Below, piece after piece: positions 17,763 through 27,800 of a stretch of DNA of 64,000 nucleotides. The position numbers and the translations under genes are program-made. The DNA lies in NCBI GenBank assembly GCA_000002435.2, contig CM018792.1. One strand, given 5' to 3'. The DNA is from Giardia intestinalis (lineage: Eukaryota). Each line of letters begins with the position of its first letter. Within the stretch, counting starts at the first letter, position 1. The notes under the pieces are model-generated. The model saw only the letters and a program-made list of their open reading frames with translations, was not told where the DNA came from and did not search any database.

Positions 17763-18173
17763 ATGGCCGGCGAGATGATCCACCCCCTCCCGCATAAGAT
17801 CATCATCAAGAAGAGGAAGAACAAATTCATCCGCTTCCAGTCCGAGCGCTTCGTCCGCGTCAAGCCTTCGTGGAGAAAGCCCCGTGGGATAGACTCTCCG
17901 ATGCGCCACCAGTACAGGGGTCAGCGCCCCATGGTTTCCATCGGCTACGGTTCCGATAAGGAGACGCGTTTCATGCTCCCCTGCGGCTTCTTCAAGCACA
18001 GGATATCCACTGTCCACGAGCTCAAGACCCTCTTCATGAACAACAAGACGCACGCTGCACAGATTGCACACGGCGTTTCTGCGAGGTCGCGCAAGCAGAT
18101 CCTTGAGGAGGCCAAAAAGATGGGCGTGCGTGTCCTCAACGCCGACGCCAAGCTGCGCAAGGAAGAACTGTAA
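17763..18173 (+). CDS. RPL32: 60S ribosomal protein L32e
   Basis: KIIKKRKNKFIRFQSERFVRVKPSWRKPRGIDSPMRHQYRGQ...IGYGSDKETRFMLPCGF matches the L32e family. The ORF-track start is TTG; the ATG is at 17763. Confidence 0.9.
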   Translation: MAGEMIHPLPHKIIIKKRKNKFIRFQSERFVRVKPSWRKPRGIDSPMRHQYRGQRPMVSIGYGSDKETRFMLPCGFFKHRISTVHELKTLFMNNKTHAAQIAHGVSARSRKQILEEAKKMGVRVLNADAKLRKEEL

Positions 18174-18193
18174 GGGGCTCTCCCGGCTTCTCG

Positions 18194-18200
18194 AGTAAAC
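18194..18200 (+). terminator. Putative poly(A) signal AGTAAAC, 21 nt after the RPL32 stop
   Basis: AGTRAAY consensus of Giardia 3' ends. Confidence 0.4.
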
Positions 18201-18257
18201 AGCAAGACGTTGGTGTGCTCTAGATTTACTGAGCCTAATGGCCAGCCGCGTGGGCAC

Positions 18258-19472
18258 CTATGCGTGCATGTGCAGGAGGCTGCCGTCTCCAGTAAGCTCG
18301 TAAGCGGTGACTGTGCTCGTACAATCAAGAAGCAGGGCCCGCCTCTGGCCCCATGCTATGGAACGTACGGAGAGATCTGCTTCTTGCTGCTCATCAGAGT
18401 CTGCTCCGCTGGGGGTATCACTGCCTTTAGTATTGGTAACTCCCGCCGGGGATAACTCTGGACGTGTGCCTCGCTCTGCTTGCGTGCTGGAAATAGGTAA
18501 CGAGAAAACAGCATGTCTAGTGAAAACCCCGTCGGAGAACTTAAACACCGTTACGGAGCCACTGAACTTCCCGCATGTCACAAAAACAGAGTCCTCTGCC
18601 TTGTGCACGCTAAGAATATAGTCATGCGACTTAGTAAGGGAACGGATATCCATGTTCTGGTAGAAGATAGCTCCATCTTCAGGATCTGCCAGAGCCATTC
18701 CCATGGACCCCGTCGTCAAGCATAAAGACTCGGTGGAGTAATAAACAACACCGAGCGGAAACGGATACGCCGATCCGAAAATAAATATGTCATCAGAAAC
18801 ATCTTCAGAGTTCCCAAAGAGCACCTCCCGCTGAGGCCCGGAAGCGTCGAGATTCAGAAAGCCCAACTCACTCACTGCGTTAATGAATAAAAGCTCTGTC
18901 GGCCGATTCCTGCAAAAGGACAGATCTGCAATATTAGATGTGCTTAGCTTGATAGGCGCCTGGAGCCCAGAAGTATCACCAGCCAACAATGGGCCCAGCT
19001 CATACGCACAGATGAAAGTCCCAATAGACGCTACCAGGACTGCTCCATTAGTGGCCAAACAACTTACTGGGCCCACAAGGGCCAGCTCTGCTACTGCATT
19101 AACCCAAAGATTTTTCTTGTTGTTTTTGTCAATTGTTACGGTGTAGACACAGACGATATTGCCAGCTGCAGCAAGGATTATGCAGAACGGCTCTGTGCCT
19201 GTCTTAGTAGCCTCCGGATCTGTCTGTAACAGTGACCACCGGGGGGTGCCAGGATCAGATAGGGAGAGGACAGTGAACACTTCGCACTTGGGGATTTCTC
19301 CAACCTGAGAGATGTGCCCCGCTTCATTAAGCAAGTATAGACGGAGGTATCCAGAAGATACGTGCACATAAAAGTAGCTATCACCGCCATCTAAGAAGCC
19401 AACAGACGTCCCCACTATAGCAGCACCCTGCCCAACGGAGTACGGCCGGTACAGGGGCGCGAGCATATACAT
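18258..19472 (-). CDS. Hypothetical protein, 404 aa, possibly beta-propeller-like
   Basis: ATG ORF with recurring short beta-strand-like segments. No motif recognised. Confidence 0.55.
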   Translation of the reverse strand: MYMLAPLYRPYSVGQGAAIVGTSVGFLDGGDSYFYVHVSSGYLRLYLLNEAGHISQVGEIPKCEVFTVLSLSDPGTPRWSLLQTDPEATKTGTEPFCIILAAAGNIVCVYTVTIDKNNKKNLWVNAVAELALVGPVSCLATNGAVLVASIGTFICAYELGPLLAGDTSGLQAPIKLSTSNIADLSFCRNRPTELLFINAVSELGFLNLDASGPQREVLFGNSEDVSDDIFIFGSAYPFPLGVVYYSTESLCLTTGSMGMALADPEDGAIFYQNMDIRSLTKSHDYILSVHKAEDSVFVTCGKFSGSVTVFKFSDGVFTRHAVFSLPISSTQAERGTRPELSPAGVTNTKGSDTPSGADSDEQQEADLSVRSIAWGQRRALLLDCTSTVTAYELTGDGSLLHMHA

Positions 19473-19532
19473 GGTGCACGGTCTAATAAATGTAAATTAC
19501 TAAAAGCAAATAGGACAGATTTTTTTAAAAGT

Positions 19533-19976
19533 ATGTCGATCAGTCTTGTATTCGTCAGCAGCGAGCAGGCCCCTGTGTTCACCGGCCAGATGCTTTTTAA
19601 TGGGAACTGGATGCCAATAGATGTCAAAGTGGAGATGTTCCTATTTTCGCTTCTGGATTTGGTTTATGCAAACCTTGCCAAGCAGATGGAGCAACCCACC
19701 GTAGATTGTCTCATGCTAAAGATTGCAGAATCGTTGGGCTATGTGGCCCATGCATATGTAACCGTTGACAGGTCCATACTCTTAATGTTAATTCCTGTAG
19801 AAGCCAAATGCAATTCTAATCAATTAAAGCTTTTTTTCCTTGCCGCAGAGGCTCTCCTTGCAGCCGAATCCATGAATCCGTTTTACAAGCGCTCGACACA
19901 CGTTATGGATGAACCCTTCTGCTTTGCTTTAGCCCAGAAGCTTCACGCCCATTTACTTAATAAAACTTGGGGTTAA
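19533..19976 (+). CDS. TRAPP complex subunit, sedlin/TRAPPC2-like longin fold, 147 aa
   Basis: The segment AESMNPFYKRSTHVMDEPFCFALAQKL resembles the sedlin C-terminal region (FSMNPFYEPNSPIRS). Size and hydrophobic pattern fit the TRAPP small subunits. Confidence 0.55.
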   Translation: MSISLVFVSSEQAPVFTGQMLFNGNWMPIDVKVEMFLFSLLDLVYANLAKQMEQPTVDCLMLKIAESLGYVAHAYVTVDRSILLMLIPVEAKCNSNQLKLFFLAAEALLAAESMNPFYKRSTHVMDEPFCFALAQKLHAHLLNKTWG

Positions 19977-20001
19977 ATTTTGAAATTAAAAAGACTCCCT
20001 C

Positions 20002-21105
20002 ATGTATAATGCCAATCCAAAGCCTTCACAGCAGGGTGGAGCCCGCGAAAGCAGAGATTCTAGGGATGTGCGACAGCAGTATATCTTCCTCAACATCATC
20101 GGAAGCGGCTCCTTCGGGAAGGTCCACAAGGTCCAGTCCAGGACGAACGGGCGGATCTTCGCGTGCAAGGAAATCGACTACGCCAAGATGAGCGAGAAGG
20201 AGAAGAAGCTCCTCGTCCACGAGGTCAACACGCTCAAGGAGCTCAGCCACGAGAACATCGTCTCCTACATCGACCGCTTTGTCGAGCGCGAGAACGCGAA
20301 GATGTTCATCGTCATGGAGTACTGCGAGAATGGAGACCTCGCAAAGTACATCAAGCGGCACAAGACAGACAGGCGCTACATCGCTGAGGAGAAGATCTGG
20401 TCTGTCTTTGTCCAGCTCCTCCATGCCCTTAACTATTGCCATAGCATCCATAGTGAAGACGAGTCAGGTGTCCACAAAGTTATCCACCGGGATATAAAGC
20501 CCGGTAACGTGTTCCTCACTCAAGATGGCTCCATCAAGCTGGGAGACTTTGGTCTCTGCCGTACCCTCGGAGAAGATTCTGTGGCCCAGACAAACGTCGG
20601 CACCCCCCTCTACATGGCCATAGAGGTCCTCCAGAAGCAGTCCTACACAGAGAAGGCAGACATATGGTCCCTCGGCTGCGTCATCTACGAGCTCTGTGCC
20701 CTGCAGCCCCCATTCGTGGCATCTAACATAGAGTCCCTCAAGACGAAGGTTAAGCAGGGTGCACGCCCTGCCATACCGTCTCACTACTCTAGCGATTTGT
20801 CAGCTGCAATCGACTTAATGCTCAACCCCAATCCTTCAGCACGACCATCTGCAACAGATATCCTTCAGCACAGTCGTATCATTGAGATGAATGAGAGAAT
20901 AAAAGCTATGCCTGCATATGCTGCACAGGCGCCGCCTGAAATACCAAAGAGTGCTCCACCAGGCGGTGGACATGCCCAACGTGAACGTGAACTTCGTGAG
21001 TGGGAAGAACGCCTGAACACGAAGGAGCAGTCCCTACGAGCACGTGAGGAGCACGTTGACCGCACACTAGCAGCTCTGAACGCCGGAACATATAAAGGCT
21101 ATTAA
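20002..21105 (+). CDS. NEK-family serine/threonine protein kinase, 367 aa
   Basis: GSGSFGKV, HRDIKPGNVFL, DFGLCR, GTPLYMAIE. The NEK-like signature is DIWSLGCVIYELCALQPPF. Confidence 0.9.
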   Translation: MYNANPKPSQQGGARESRDSRDVRQQYIFLNIIGSGSFGKVHKVQSRTNGRIFACKEIDYAKMSEKEKKLLVHEVNTLKELSHENIVSYIDRFVERENAKMFIVMEYCENGDLAKYIKRHKTDRRYIAEEKIWSVFVQLLHALNYCHSIHSEDESGVHKVIHRDIKPGNVFLTQDGSIKLGDFGLCRTLGEDSVAQTNVGTPLYMAIEVLQKQSYTEKADIWSLGCVIYELCALQPPFVASNIESLKTKVKQGARPAIPSHYSSDLSAAIDLMLNPNPSARPSATDILQHSRIIEMNERIKAMPAYAAQAPPEIPKSAPPGGGHAQRERELREWEERLNTKEQSLRAREEHVDRTLAALNAGTYKGY

Positions 21106-21140
21106 CCAAATGATAGTTTTTCCTTGATTTACAACGTGGC

Positions 21141-21147
21141 AGTAAAC
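21141..21147 (+). terminator. Putative poly(A) signal AGTAAAC downstream of the NEK kinase
   Basis: AGTRAAY match 36 nt after the stop. Confidence 0.3.
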
Positions 21148-21195
21148 ACATGTATAATCCGTATGTTAGAAGCTATGGGAGAAAAGCTTGGTGCC

Positions 21196-23343
21196 CTACG
21201 TGCCAGCGCTGTGGTTCTTATTATCTAAACGACGTTTGTCCCGTTCCTCGTGACTTTCCAGCAATGGGATAAAACGAGAGACAACATATCCTTCACAGTT
21301 GGTTGCCTGCTGGTTATCGAGACGGAGAATATTCCAAATATTGCGACGGAAGACCTCCAGCAGCCCAGCTATACTCGCTATCCAAAAGTCCCGTAGAGAC
21401 GGATGTGGAATAACTAAAGATATAGGCAAATAAATGCGGATTGCTATATTAAGAAAGAAGCAGAAGTACAGAGTTGGAATACTAAACAGAGATGATCGTT
21501 GCAAAATCCCTTTCCGGTATGCTTTCGAGTCTGAATGGATTTGCTTGAAAAGTAAGGCGCCCGAGCCCCCGCTGAATAATGCCCAATCCTCCACTGTATC
21601 CCAGTAAAGTTTATAAATTATCTCAACCCAACGGATAGAGTATAGCGTATACTTGATGCCCGATATTTTGACCAAAGCAGAGACCTCCATAAAGCAGCCT
21701 GGGATTGAAACCAAATACTTCAGCATATTGTGGATATTCGGATAGGCATTCCCGGACTCCTTATATCTACGCCCACACTGCATGGCTCGGATGATATTGA
21801 ATGTCGTCAGAAAGCATGCAGTAATGTAGTCCGGTATATAACCACCAGATAGGACGTAACACAAATCTATAATCATCACAGAAAGAGAAACACACTGATC
21901 CATGAAGAAGAATTGGGGAAAATTGATCCGTCGTACGCGGGGATTCAAGCAGCGGAGGAAGACCATCAAACAGTAATGCCTTAATTTGTGCCTTTTGGAG
22001 AAAAAGATGGCGGTTACGAGCCAGTAGAAGTAGAAGGCGAAAGGTATGCACAGCCAAAGCTCGTAAGGAGTCAACTGTGCAAGAGCTGCCAAGTATTTAC
22101 CAAATGGATAGGGAAGAGGTTCCGAAAAGGCCGGCTGGCCATGACTTGAGAGAGAGGTGTATGCACTGGCGGTGCCCATCACGATCGCAATGCAGTGGAT
22201 CGTTGAAAACCAAAGTGCACGGATAGCAATGGTGTTGGCCCCTGCAACCATATTCGCAGAGGGCAGCTCCAAGATGAGAACATAGTTGATACGCTTAACC
22301 TCATAGATAGCAAAAACCATAGCTAGGGAAAGGCTGTATATTACTATGCTTAAGTGAAAACGATTCAAGTGTCTGCAGATTGGAGGTAAATCTATTAAGT
22401 AGTGCTTTGACATGATTATGTTCAAGACAATATCCACCAGCATCAATGCTATGGGGACGAAGAATCCTAGGCTGACCCCTGTGTGCAGGGCTAGGCGCTC
22501 TCTTTGTCTGGAAAGATCCCCCATCGGAGTACAATAGGAGACCAGCGTTTTCTTTGCGCCCTTTCCTTTTGTATCATAGTGTTGGCCGTATACTCGTTCA
22601 ATGTCGTCCTCAAAGTCACTCAAAGCGGACTGAGATGCAAAGCTGGTCTTGATCAGTAACTCCTTTATTCTTTCGGTGCAGAATGCAGACGTGGGAAACA
22701 TTTTGTCATGCTTCTTAGCTATCTTGATAAAGCCTGTTTCATTGAGAGAGGTAAATTCCTTGAGCATGCGGACGCTCTTGTATAATTCAAAGATGTTCTC
22801 CTCCACGTCTTTAAGCTCTGATCTGGTAAGCTTGGGGTGGCTGCGTTTCTTTTTGCTCTCTTTAATAGCTCGATCTTTTCTGCTATGCCTGCTGAGACTT
22901 TTGTTGGTGATCACAAACTCCTTGGCTACTTTCAAAGACGACGTCTCAATGTCTTCTGATGGGGCTCCTGCATCTTTTTCAGATCCTGCATTATTAGCGC
23001 CGTCACTATTGTGCACTGAAACAAGTGGCTCTGGTGATAGGTGTCCTGCTTCTGAAGAAAGAATTGCTTGAATCGATTTCCACAGATTTTTGTATTCGCG
23101 GCATTTGCTCTGGTAAAAGCTCTCAACTTGTCCCACTGATAAGCGTAGTTTTTCATAGAAAGCCTCTGAAAACCCAGTCCTGTTCCACTCGCTACGCTCG
23201 GCTTCAAGCCGATCGTTGACCGGGAGAAGACGCTCTGAGTCGTTTACGTGCTCGTCGAGCAACTTCTTAAAGCCATTATAATCTAAATAGTGCTGTCTCC
23301 ACTCTGGAATGAGCGTACTTACAAGACGTTCGCCAAACTTCAT
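21196..23343 (-). CDS. SPX-EXS domain protein (XPR1/PHO1-like putative phosphate exporter), 715 aa
   Basis: N-terminal SPX signature MKFGERLVSTLIPEWRQHYLDYNGFKKLL. Multi-TM core and C-terminal EXS-like region. Confidence 0.8.
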   Translation of the reverse strand: MKFGERLVSTLIPEWRQHYLDYNGFKKLLDEHVNDSERLLPVNDRLEAERSEWNRTGFSEAFYEKLRLSVGQVESFYQSKCREYKNLWKSIQAILSSEAGHLSPEPLVSVHNSDGANNAGSEKDAGAPSEDIETSSLKVAKEFVITNKSLSRHSRKDRAIKESKKKRSHPKLTRSELKDVEENIFELYKSVRMLKEFTSLNETGFIKIAKKHDKMFPTSAFCTERIKELLIKTSFASQSALSDFEDDIERVYGQHYDTKGKGAKKTLVSYCTPMGDLSRQRERLALHTGVSLGFFVPIALMLVDIVLNIIMSKHYLIDLPPICRHLNRFHLSIVIYSLSLAMVFAIYEVKRINYVLILELPSANMVAGANTIAIRALWFSTIHCIAIVMGTASAYTSLSSHGQPAFSEPLPYPFGKYLAALAQLTPYELWLCIPFAFYFYWLVTAIFFSKRHKLRHYCLMVFLRCLNPRVRRINFPQFFFMDQCVSLSVMIIDLCYVLSGGYIPDYITACFLTTFNIIRAMQCGRRYKESGNAYPNIHNMLKYLVSIPGCFMEVSALVKISGIKYTLYSIRWVEIIYKLYWDTVEDWALFSGGSGALLFKQIHSDSKAYRKGILQRSSLFSIPTLYFCFFLNIAIRIYLPISLVIPHPSLRDFWIASIAGLLEVFRRNIWNILRLDNQQATNCEGYVVSRFIPLLESHEERDKRRLDNKNHSAGT

Positions 23344-23428
23344 GCCCAGGATGTTTATCTTCGCCGATCACAAATTAGTACGAATTGGGGTCTACACACG
23401 ATTTACAATACAAAGAGATTACCAAGAA

Positions 23429-26400
23429 TTAAGTAATAGACAGATTGATAGAGTCAAATATCATAGATTGACCAGTCCCTGAAGCGCCTGCAAGTAATTC
23501 TGTTGTTGAGCCGGGGAGATGCATACACCTGGTTCTGCTGAGTTTCCTTGCAGACAAAAGCTTCCAGAGAAGAATGCCCAAGGCAATAAGAAGAAGAGCC
23601 ACTGCAGTGACTGATAACCCTATGGTTAGCGACAGACGGGCGTTTGAGGCTGGGGGTACAACTGGCACGTATGGACCAGCTTCAGAAAGACATAAAATCG
23701 GTCCCGGAACTGCTGGGCCAACGCATGATAGGCATCCTTGCATTCCAACATATCCGTTTTTCCCTTCTTCGTCAGAGCATGCCACACAGTGAGAGGGATC
23801 AAAGACCTCATAATCAGTGGCTGCAAAGTATCCTTCTGCGCACTGGGTACACTGAAGATTACTCTTACAAGATGCACAGGTCTTGGGACACTGGACACAG
23901 CTATCCCCATAGTAGCCGTCGGAGCACACGGTGCATATATTGCTGGAGTACTCGCACGCCTGACAGTTTGTGCTCTCACACGGTGTACAGGATCCAGAGA
24001 GCGGTCCATATCCTAGCTGACACTTGCTGCATACGCCCAACCCCTCGTCAGTAGCAGACTGGGCGCAGACGTACGAGCCTGGAAGTCTGTCCGACTGATA
24101 ACACCCACCGGAATACAGGAAATATCCTGGAGCACAGTGGGTGCAGATACCATTCTTTCCATTCAAGCAGATGAGATCTCTTGCGGCCATGTGGCAGTCC
24201 CCATTGATAGGATAGTGACCAGATGTACACTGTGAACAGTACGCAGTGCCGAAAATTACTGCATTGCATAGAAGACAATTTCGGGAATTCTCGACACACG
24301 CGTCAGTACAAGTACTCGACCCTGTCCCAGCAGAGTGCGCCTTTCCCTTGATACACGTCAAACAGTCGCTCTCCCCTGGTCCAGAGCAGGTTAAGCATGT
24401 GCTGTGACAAGCTACACAGGTACCCTCTACCAAGTGGTAGCCAATCTTGCACCTACTACAGTTATCAGCCAAGTCTGTGCATTCCAAACAATTTTGATCA
24501 GTACATAAAACACAATGCTTGGAGGATGAGCTGACGCCGAAGCTAGGTACAGCACATTTAGGAACACACGATGATCCCGCGGGGTCCACTACGTACGCCT
24601 TAATGGTACAAAGCTCACAGATAGTAGGATCAGATACGCATTTAGCACATCCGCTTACCTTGCACAGAACGCACTCGTCTTTCTGCAAACTGTATCCATC
24701 GTGACATGCAGTACAGTAGCCTCTGAGAGAGGCCACACATATCCCATTGCCAGGGACGGCTGCTATGCTGTAGCATCCGTTGCCGTGGAAAAAGTAACCA
24801 GCTGTACACTCAATGCACCTACCAGCTAAGCAGTTATTTCCACGAGGATCCGATGTGCACAGACCATTAATTGGAAACTCCGATAGCACCGAGCAACGCA
24901 TGCACGCCCCCGTTTGCATATCGCATGAGCCTATCGCGCACTTTCCTGAACCCTCGCCTTCTGTACACATATTGTAACACTTTCCCATGCTCATAATCGA
25001 CCCTGATTGACACTCTAAGCAGAGTCCAGGGTTTTCTGAGGAGCAAGTTAAACAATTACCTCCACATGGCTGACACATTGGGCCATAGAAACCCTTTTCA
25101 CAAACGGTGCACTTACCCAATGCGTTGCAAGTTCTGCAATGAGGAATAGCGCACGCTCTGCATTTTTTAGTGCTCATGCACTTTGTACAGGTGTTTAGCA
25201 AACCGCACTCAGCACACTCCAAGGAGCTGCATGAGATGCATTCATTTTCCCATAGATAATAGTCATGGACACACACTTCACACACTGTCTTATCGGCATT
25301 GCACTGCATACAATTATTTGTTAGGCATTTAACACAGTGAGAACCTGTGTCATGAGTGCCACTGGGACAAGTCTTCATACAGTGGACAACTCCGTTGGAA
25401 TCGTATAGCTTGTAATTGGGAAGACATTCGCTGCATAATATCGTGTCCTCAACCAGCCGACAGATCTTACATCCGGTCGTCGTCTGGTCCCCCTGAGAAT
25501 CCGTAGTAAGTGCGCAGCTATGGCAACGGCCACTATCGGTCCTATCGGGGTCCTTCTCAAAGAATCCGTCCGCACATCCACTGCACACAGGAGCTGATTC
25601 ACAGATACACCCTAGAGGACATACCTTTGGCTCCTCAACACAGAGTCTTGCCTCCAGCTCAGGAGTATAACCATTGTTACACACACAGCGAGAAGCATTG
25701 CTATCAGATACCGGGGTGGAGTGAGAAGGGCACTCCGTATCACAGGAGACTCCATCAATACTTACAAAGTGTGCAGTGTTGCTGCACTCAATACACATGC
25801 TCTCGTTGCATACTTTGCACCCCGATCCACACTGGATACATGTACCGGAAGACGATAGCCTAAATCCATACTGACATCCAGTACACACAGCAGCATCATT
25901 AGCACACGTCAAACAGTTCTCATCGGAGCATCTGGCACATTTTAGGTCGGCCGTCAGCCTAAAACCTTCTTGACATATATCGCAAAAGTTATGTCCGGCT
26001 TGAGCACAAGACACACAGTTGTCAGCGCACACGGGTGGTGGGCACTCAACCGCCCCATCCGCTTTAGTTCCATAGAAACACTCTGTGCAAACGCTTGGAT
26101 CTTCTGCGCACAACTTGCAATATCTGTCACTGCAGTTCATGCAAGCATTCTTATTCTCTGCTAGACCATATCCAAAATCACATATGCATTTTGTTGGGGT
26201 ACTAGTGTCGGGTTTGGAACCAGTCGGACAGGCAGCAATACACTCTGTTCCTGCCAAATTCATGTAGGGTGTTTCCGGTAAGCACATTTCACAGGTATCT
26301 CCAGCATATCCAGAAGTGCACCTGCTACAACCTGAAACCTTACAGGGCACGCATGACATAAAGCCAGGATAATATCCAGGAGTGCACTCAGTACAGCTGT

Positions 26401-27436
26401 GAGAGCTTTCGCATATCTTGCAGTTTGCTGAGCAGGATCTACAAGACATCGAATAGGCATCACCGTATGTGCCAATGGGGCATGCAGCGTAGCAACTGAC
26501 AAAACCAGTTGCAGAGTCGGTAAGACTATAGTAATTCTGGAAGCACTTGTGACACTGCACTGGACCCGGTGTCGATGGAAGAGTACATTGGGAGCAGAAC
26601 TCTATACCTAAATATCCTTCGTGCTGAGAGCTAGTATCTCCGCACCCAATGCATACTCTTTTAGATCCGATCATCAGCTCTTGCGCGTTCGCTCGGCACT
26701 TGTCACAGTCGTCTTTAGAAGAACAGACAGCACAGTGATGCCTGCACAGCATGCACACGCCTGTGCTATCAAGGAAAAAGCCCTCCTTGCAGCTTGAGCA
26801 TGTGCTCTTGCCATTTGGACACGAGCTACAGTTAGGAACCTCGCAAGGAATGCACATTCCGGTTGCATCAGTGGAAAATCCGTCGGCACACTGTGTGCAT
26901 TTGCCATCACTCACAGTACCTGCACAGACAAGCTTTCCGAGACTAGAGCTCTTGGAGACACAACCACCATTGAACAGGAAGGAGGAAAACCCGCACTTGG
27001 TGCACACGTTATTGGCACAGGTATCGAACGGATTTGCACTATCACAAATGCCATTGACCGGCACATAATCCAAATATGCACACTGCGAACAATACGTGGC
27101 GCCCCCCAGAACATATCGATTTTCAACTGCACATATTAGTGGCGCATACTTTCCATTGAGATCGTAACAGCCGTCTTCAAACAGCATATAGTCTGAGGTG
27201 CACGATCCGCACTTAGTATTATAGCCCTGCAAGGTGATGCATATGTTAGGGTCATCGGGAACACATATACCGTTAATAGGAACGGTATTGAAGGTCATGC
27301 AATCAGTACAGACTGTGTCTTCTCCTAGCTTAAGAGAATGGTAACACTTTAAATCAGAAGTAGCTGTTTCCACAGAAGAAAAACCCTTTATGCGAGCAAT
27401 CCGAAGGGCTAGTAATCCAACGGAGAAGACCAGCAT
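23429..27436 (-). CDS. High-cysteine membrane protein (VSP-like), 1335 aa: signal peptide, many CXXC/GGCY repeats, one TM, short cytoplasmic tail without CRGKA
   Basis: Dozens of CxxC motifs, GGCY (FLYSGGCYQ), TM VTAVALLLIALGILLW. ATG in the context aaaataaaATG. Confidence 0.9.
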   Translation of the reverse strand: MLVFSVGLLALRIARIKGFSSVETATSDLKCYHSLKLGEDTVCTDCMTFNTVPINGICVPDDPNICITLQGYNTKCGSCTSDYMLFEDGCYDLNGKYAPLICAVENRYVLGGATYCSQCAYLDYVPVNGICDSANPFDTCANNVCTKCGFSSFLFNGGCVSKSSSLGKLVCAGTVSDGKCTQCADGFSTDATGMCIPCEVPNCSSCPNGKSTCSSCKEGFFLDSTGVCMLCRHHCAVCSSKDDCDKCRANAQELMIGSKRVCIGCGDTSSQHEGYLGIEFCSQCTLPSTPGPVQCHKCFQNYYSLTDSATGFVSCYAACPIGTYGDAYSMSCRSCSANCKICESSHSCTECTPGYYPGFMSCVPCKVSGCSRCTSGYAGDTCEMCLPETPYMNLAGTECIAACPTGSKPDTSTPTKCICDFGYGLAENKNACMNCSDRYCKLCAEDPSVCTECFYGTKADGAVECPPPVCADNCVSCAQAGHNFCDICQEGFRLTADLKCARCSDENCLTCANDAAVCTGCQYGFRLSSSGTCIQCGSGCKVCNESMCIECSNTAHFVSIDGVSCDTECPSHSTPVSDSNASRCVCNNGYTPELEARLCVEEPKVCPLGCICESAPVCSGCADGFFEKDPDRTDSGRCHSCALTTDSQGDQTTTGCKICRLVEDTILCSECLPNYKLYDSNGVVHCMKTCPSGTHDTGSHCVKCLTNNCMQCNADKTVCEVCVHDYYLWENECISCSSLECAECGLLNTCTKCMSTKKCRACAIPHCRTCNALGKCTVCEKGFYGPMCQPCGGNCLTCSSENPGLCLECQSGSIMSMGKCYNMCTEGEGSGKCAIGSCDMQTGACMRCSVLSEFPINGLCTSDPRGNNCLAGRCIECTAGYFFHGNGCYSIAAVPGNGICVASLRGYCTACHDGYSLQKDECVLCKVSGCAKCVSDPTICELCTIKAYVVDPAGSSCVPKCAVPSFGVSSSSKHCVLCTDQNCLECTDLADNCSRCKIGYHLVEGTCVACHSTCLTCSGPGESDCLTCIKGKAHSAGTGSSTCTDACVENSRNCLLCNAVIFGTAYCSQCTSGHYPINGDCHMAARDLICLNGKNGICTHCAPGYFLYSGGCYQSDRLPGSYVCAQSATDEGLGVCSKCQLGYGPLSGSCTPCESTNCQACEYSSNICTVCSDGYYGDSCVQCPKTCASCKSNLQCTQCAEGYFAATDYEVFDPSHCVACSDEEGKNGYVGMQGCLSCVGPAVPGPILCLSEAGPYVPVVPPASNARLSLTIGLSVTAVALLLIALGILLWKLLSARKLSRTRCMHLPGSTTELLAGASGTGQSMIFDSINLSIT

Positions 27437-27800
27437 TTTATTTTCATCTTTTCATAAAATTAGCAATAGCTGTTGCATAGTGTAACCGGAGTTGTAAGCA
27501 GTGATTCACTACCCCTGCTTCCAAATACAGCAGTAAATACCGGAACGCTTAAGCATGCCTTTTTTCCAGGCAGTAGCCAGATTTCAAGAGTGTTATGTTC
27601 CAGCGGATATTCCGTCATGCGCTAGCTGGCATGGAGCGATGGACACGCCAACGTTGCTGTCGGCTTGGGGCGAGACGTCCATCCAATCAATCCTCAAACT
27701 GACTGACTTTAGAGTCAGTCGTCTCACGGAGCAGTGGTTGCACTGTGTCTTTTATATGTGTCTGCACCAAGGAGGGTGTGGTTGAAAGGCCCAAAAAACA
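27437..27800. promoter_or_regulatory. Divergent promoter region between the HCMP gene and RFC1
   Basis: 364-bp spacer between opposed ATGs. AT-rich initiators at both ends: aaaataaaATG on the minus side and aaaaacaATG on the plus side. Confidence 0.4.
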
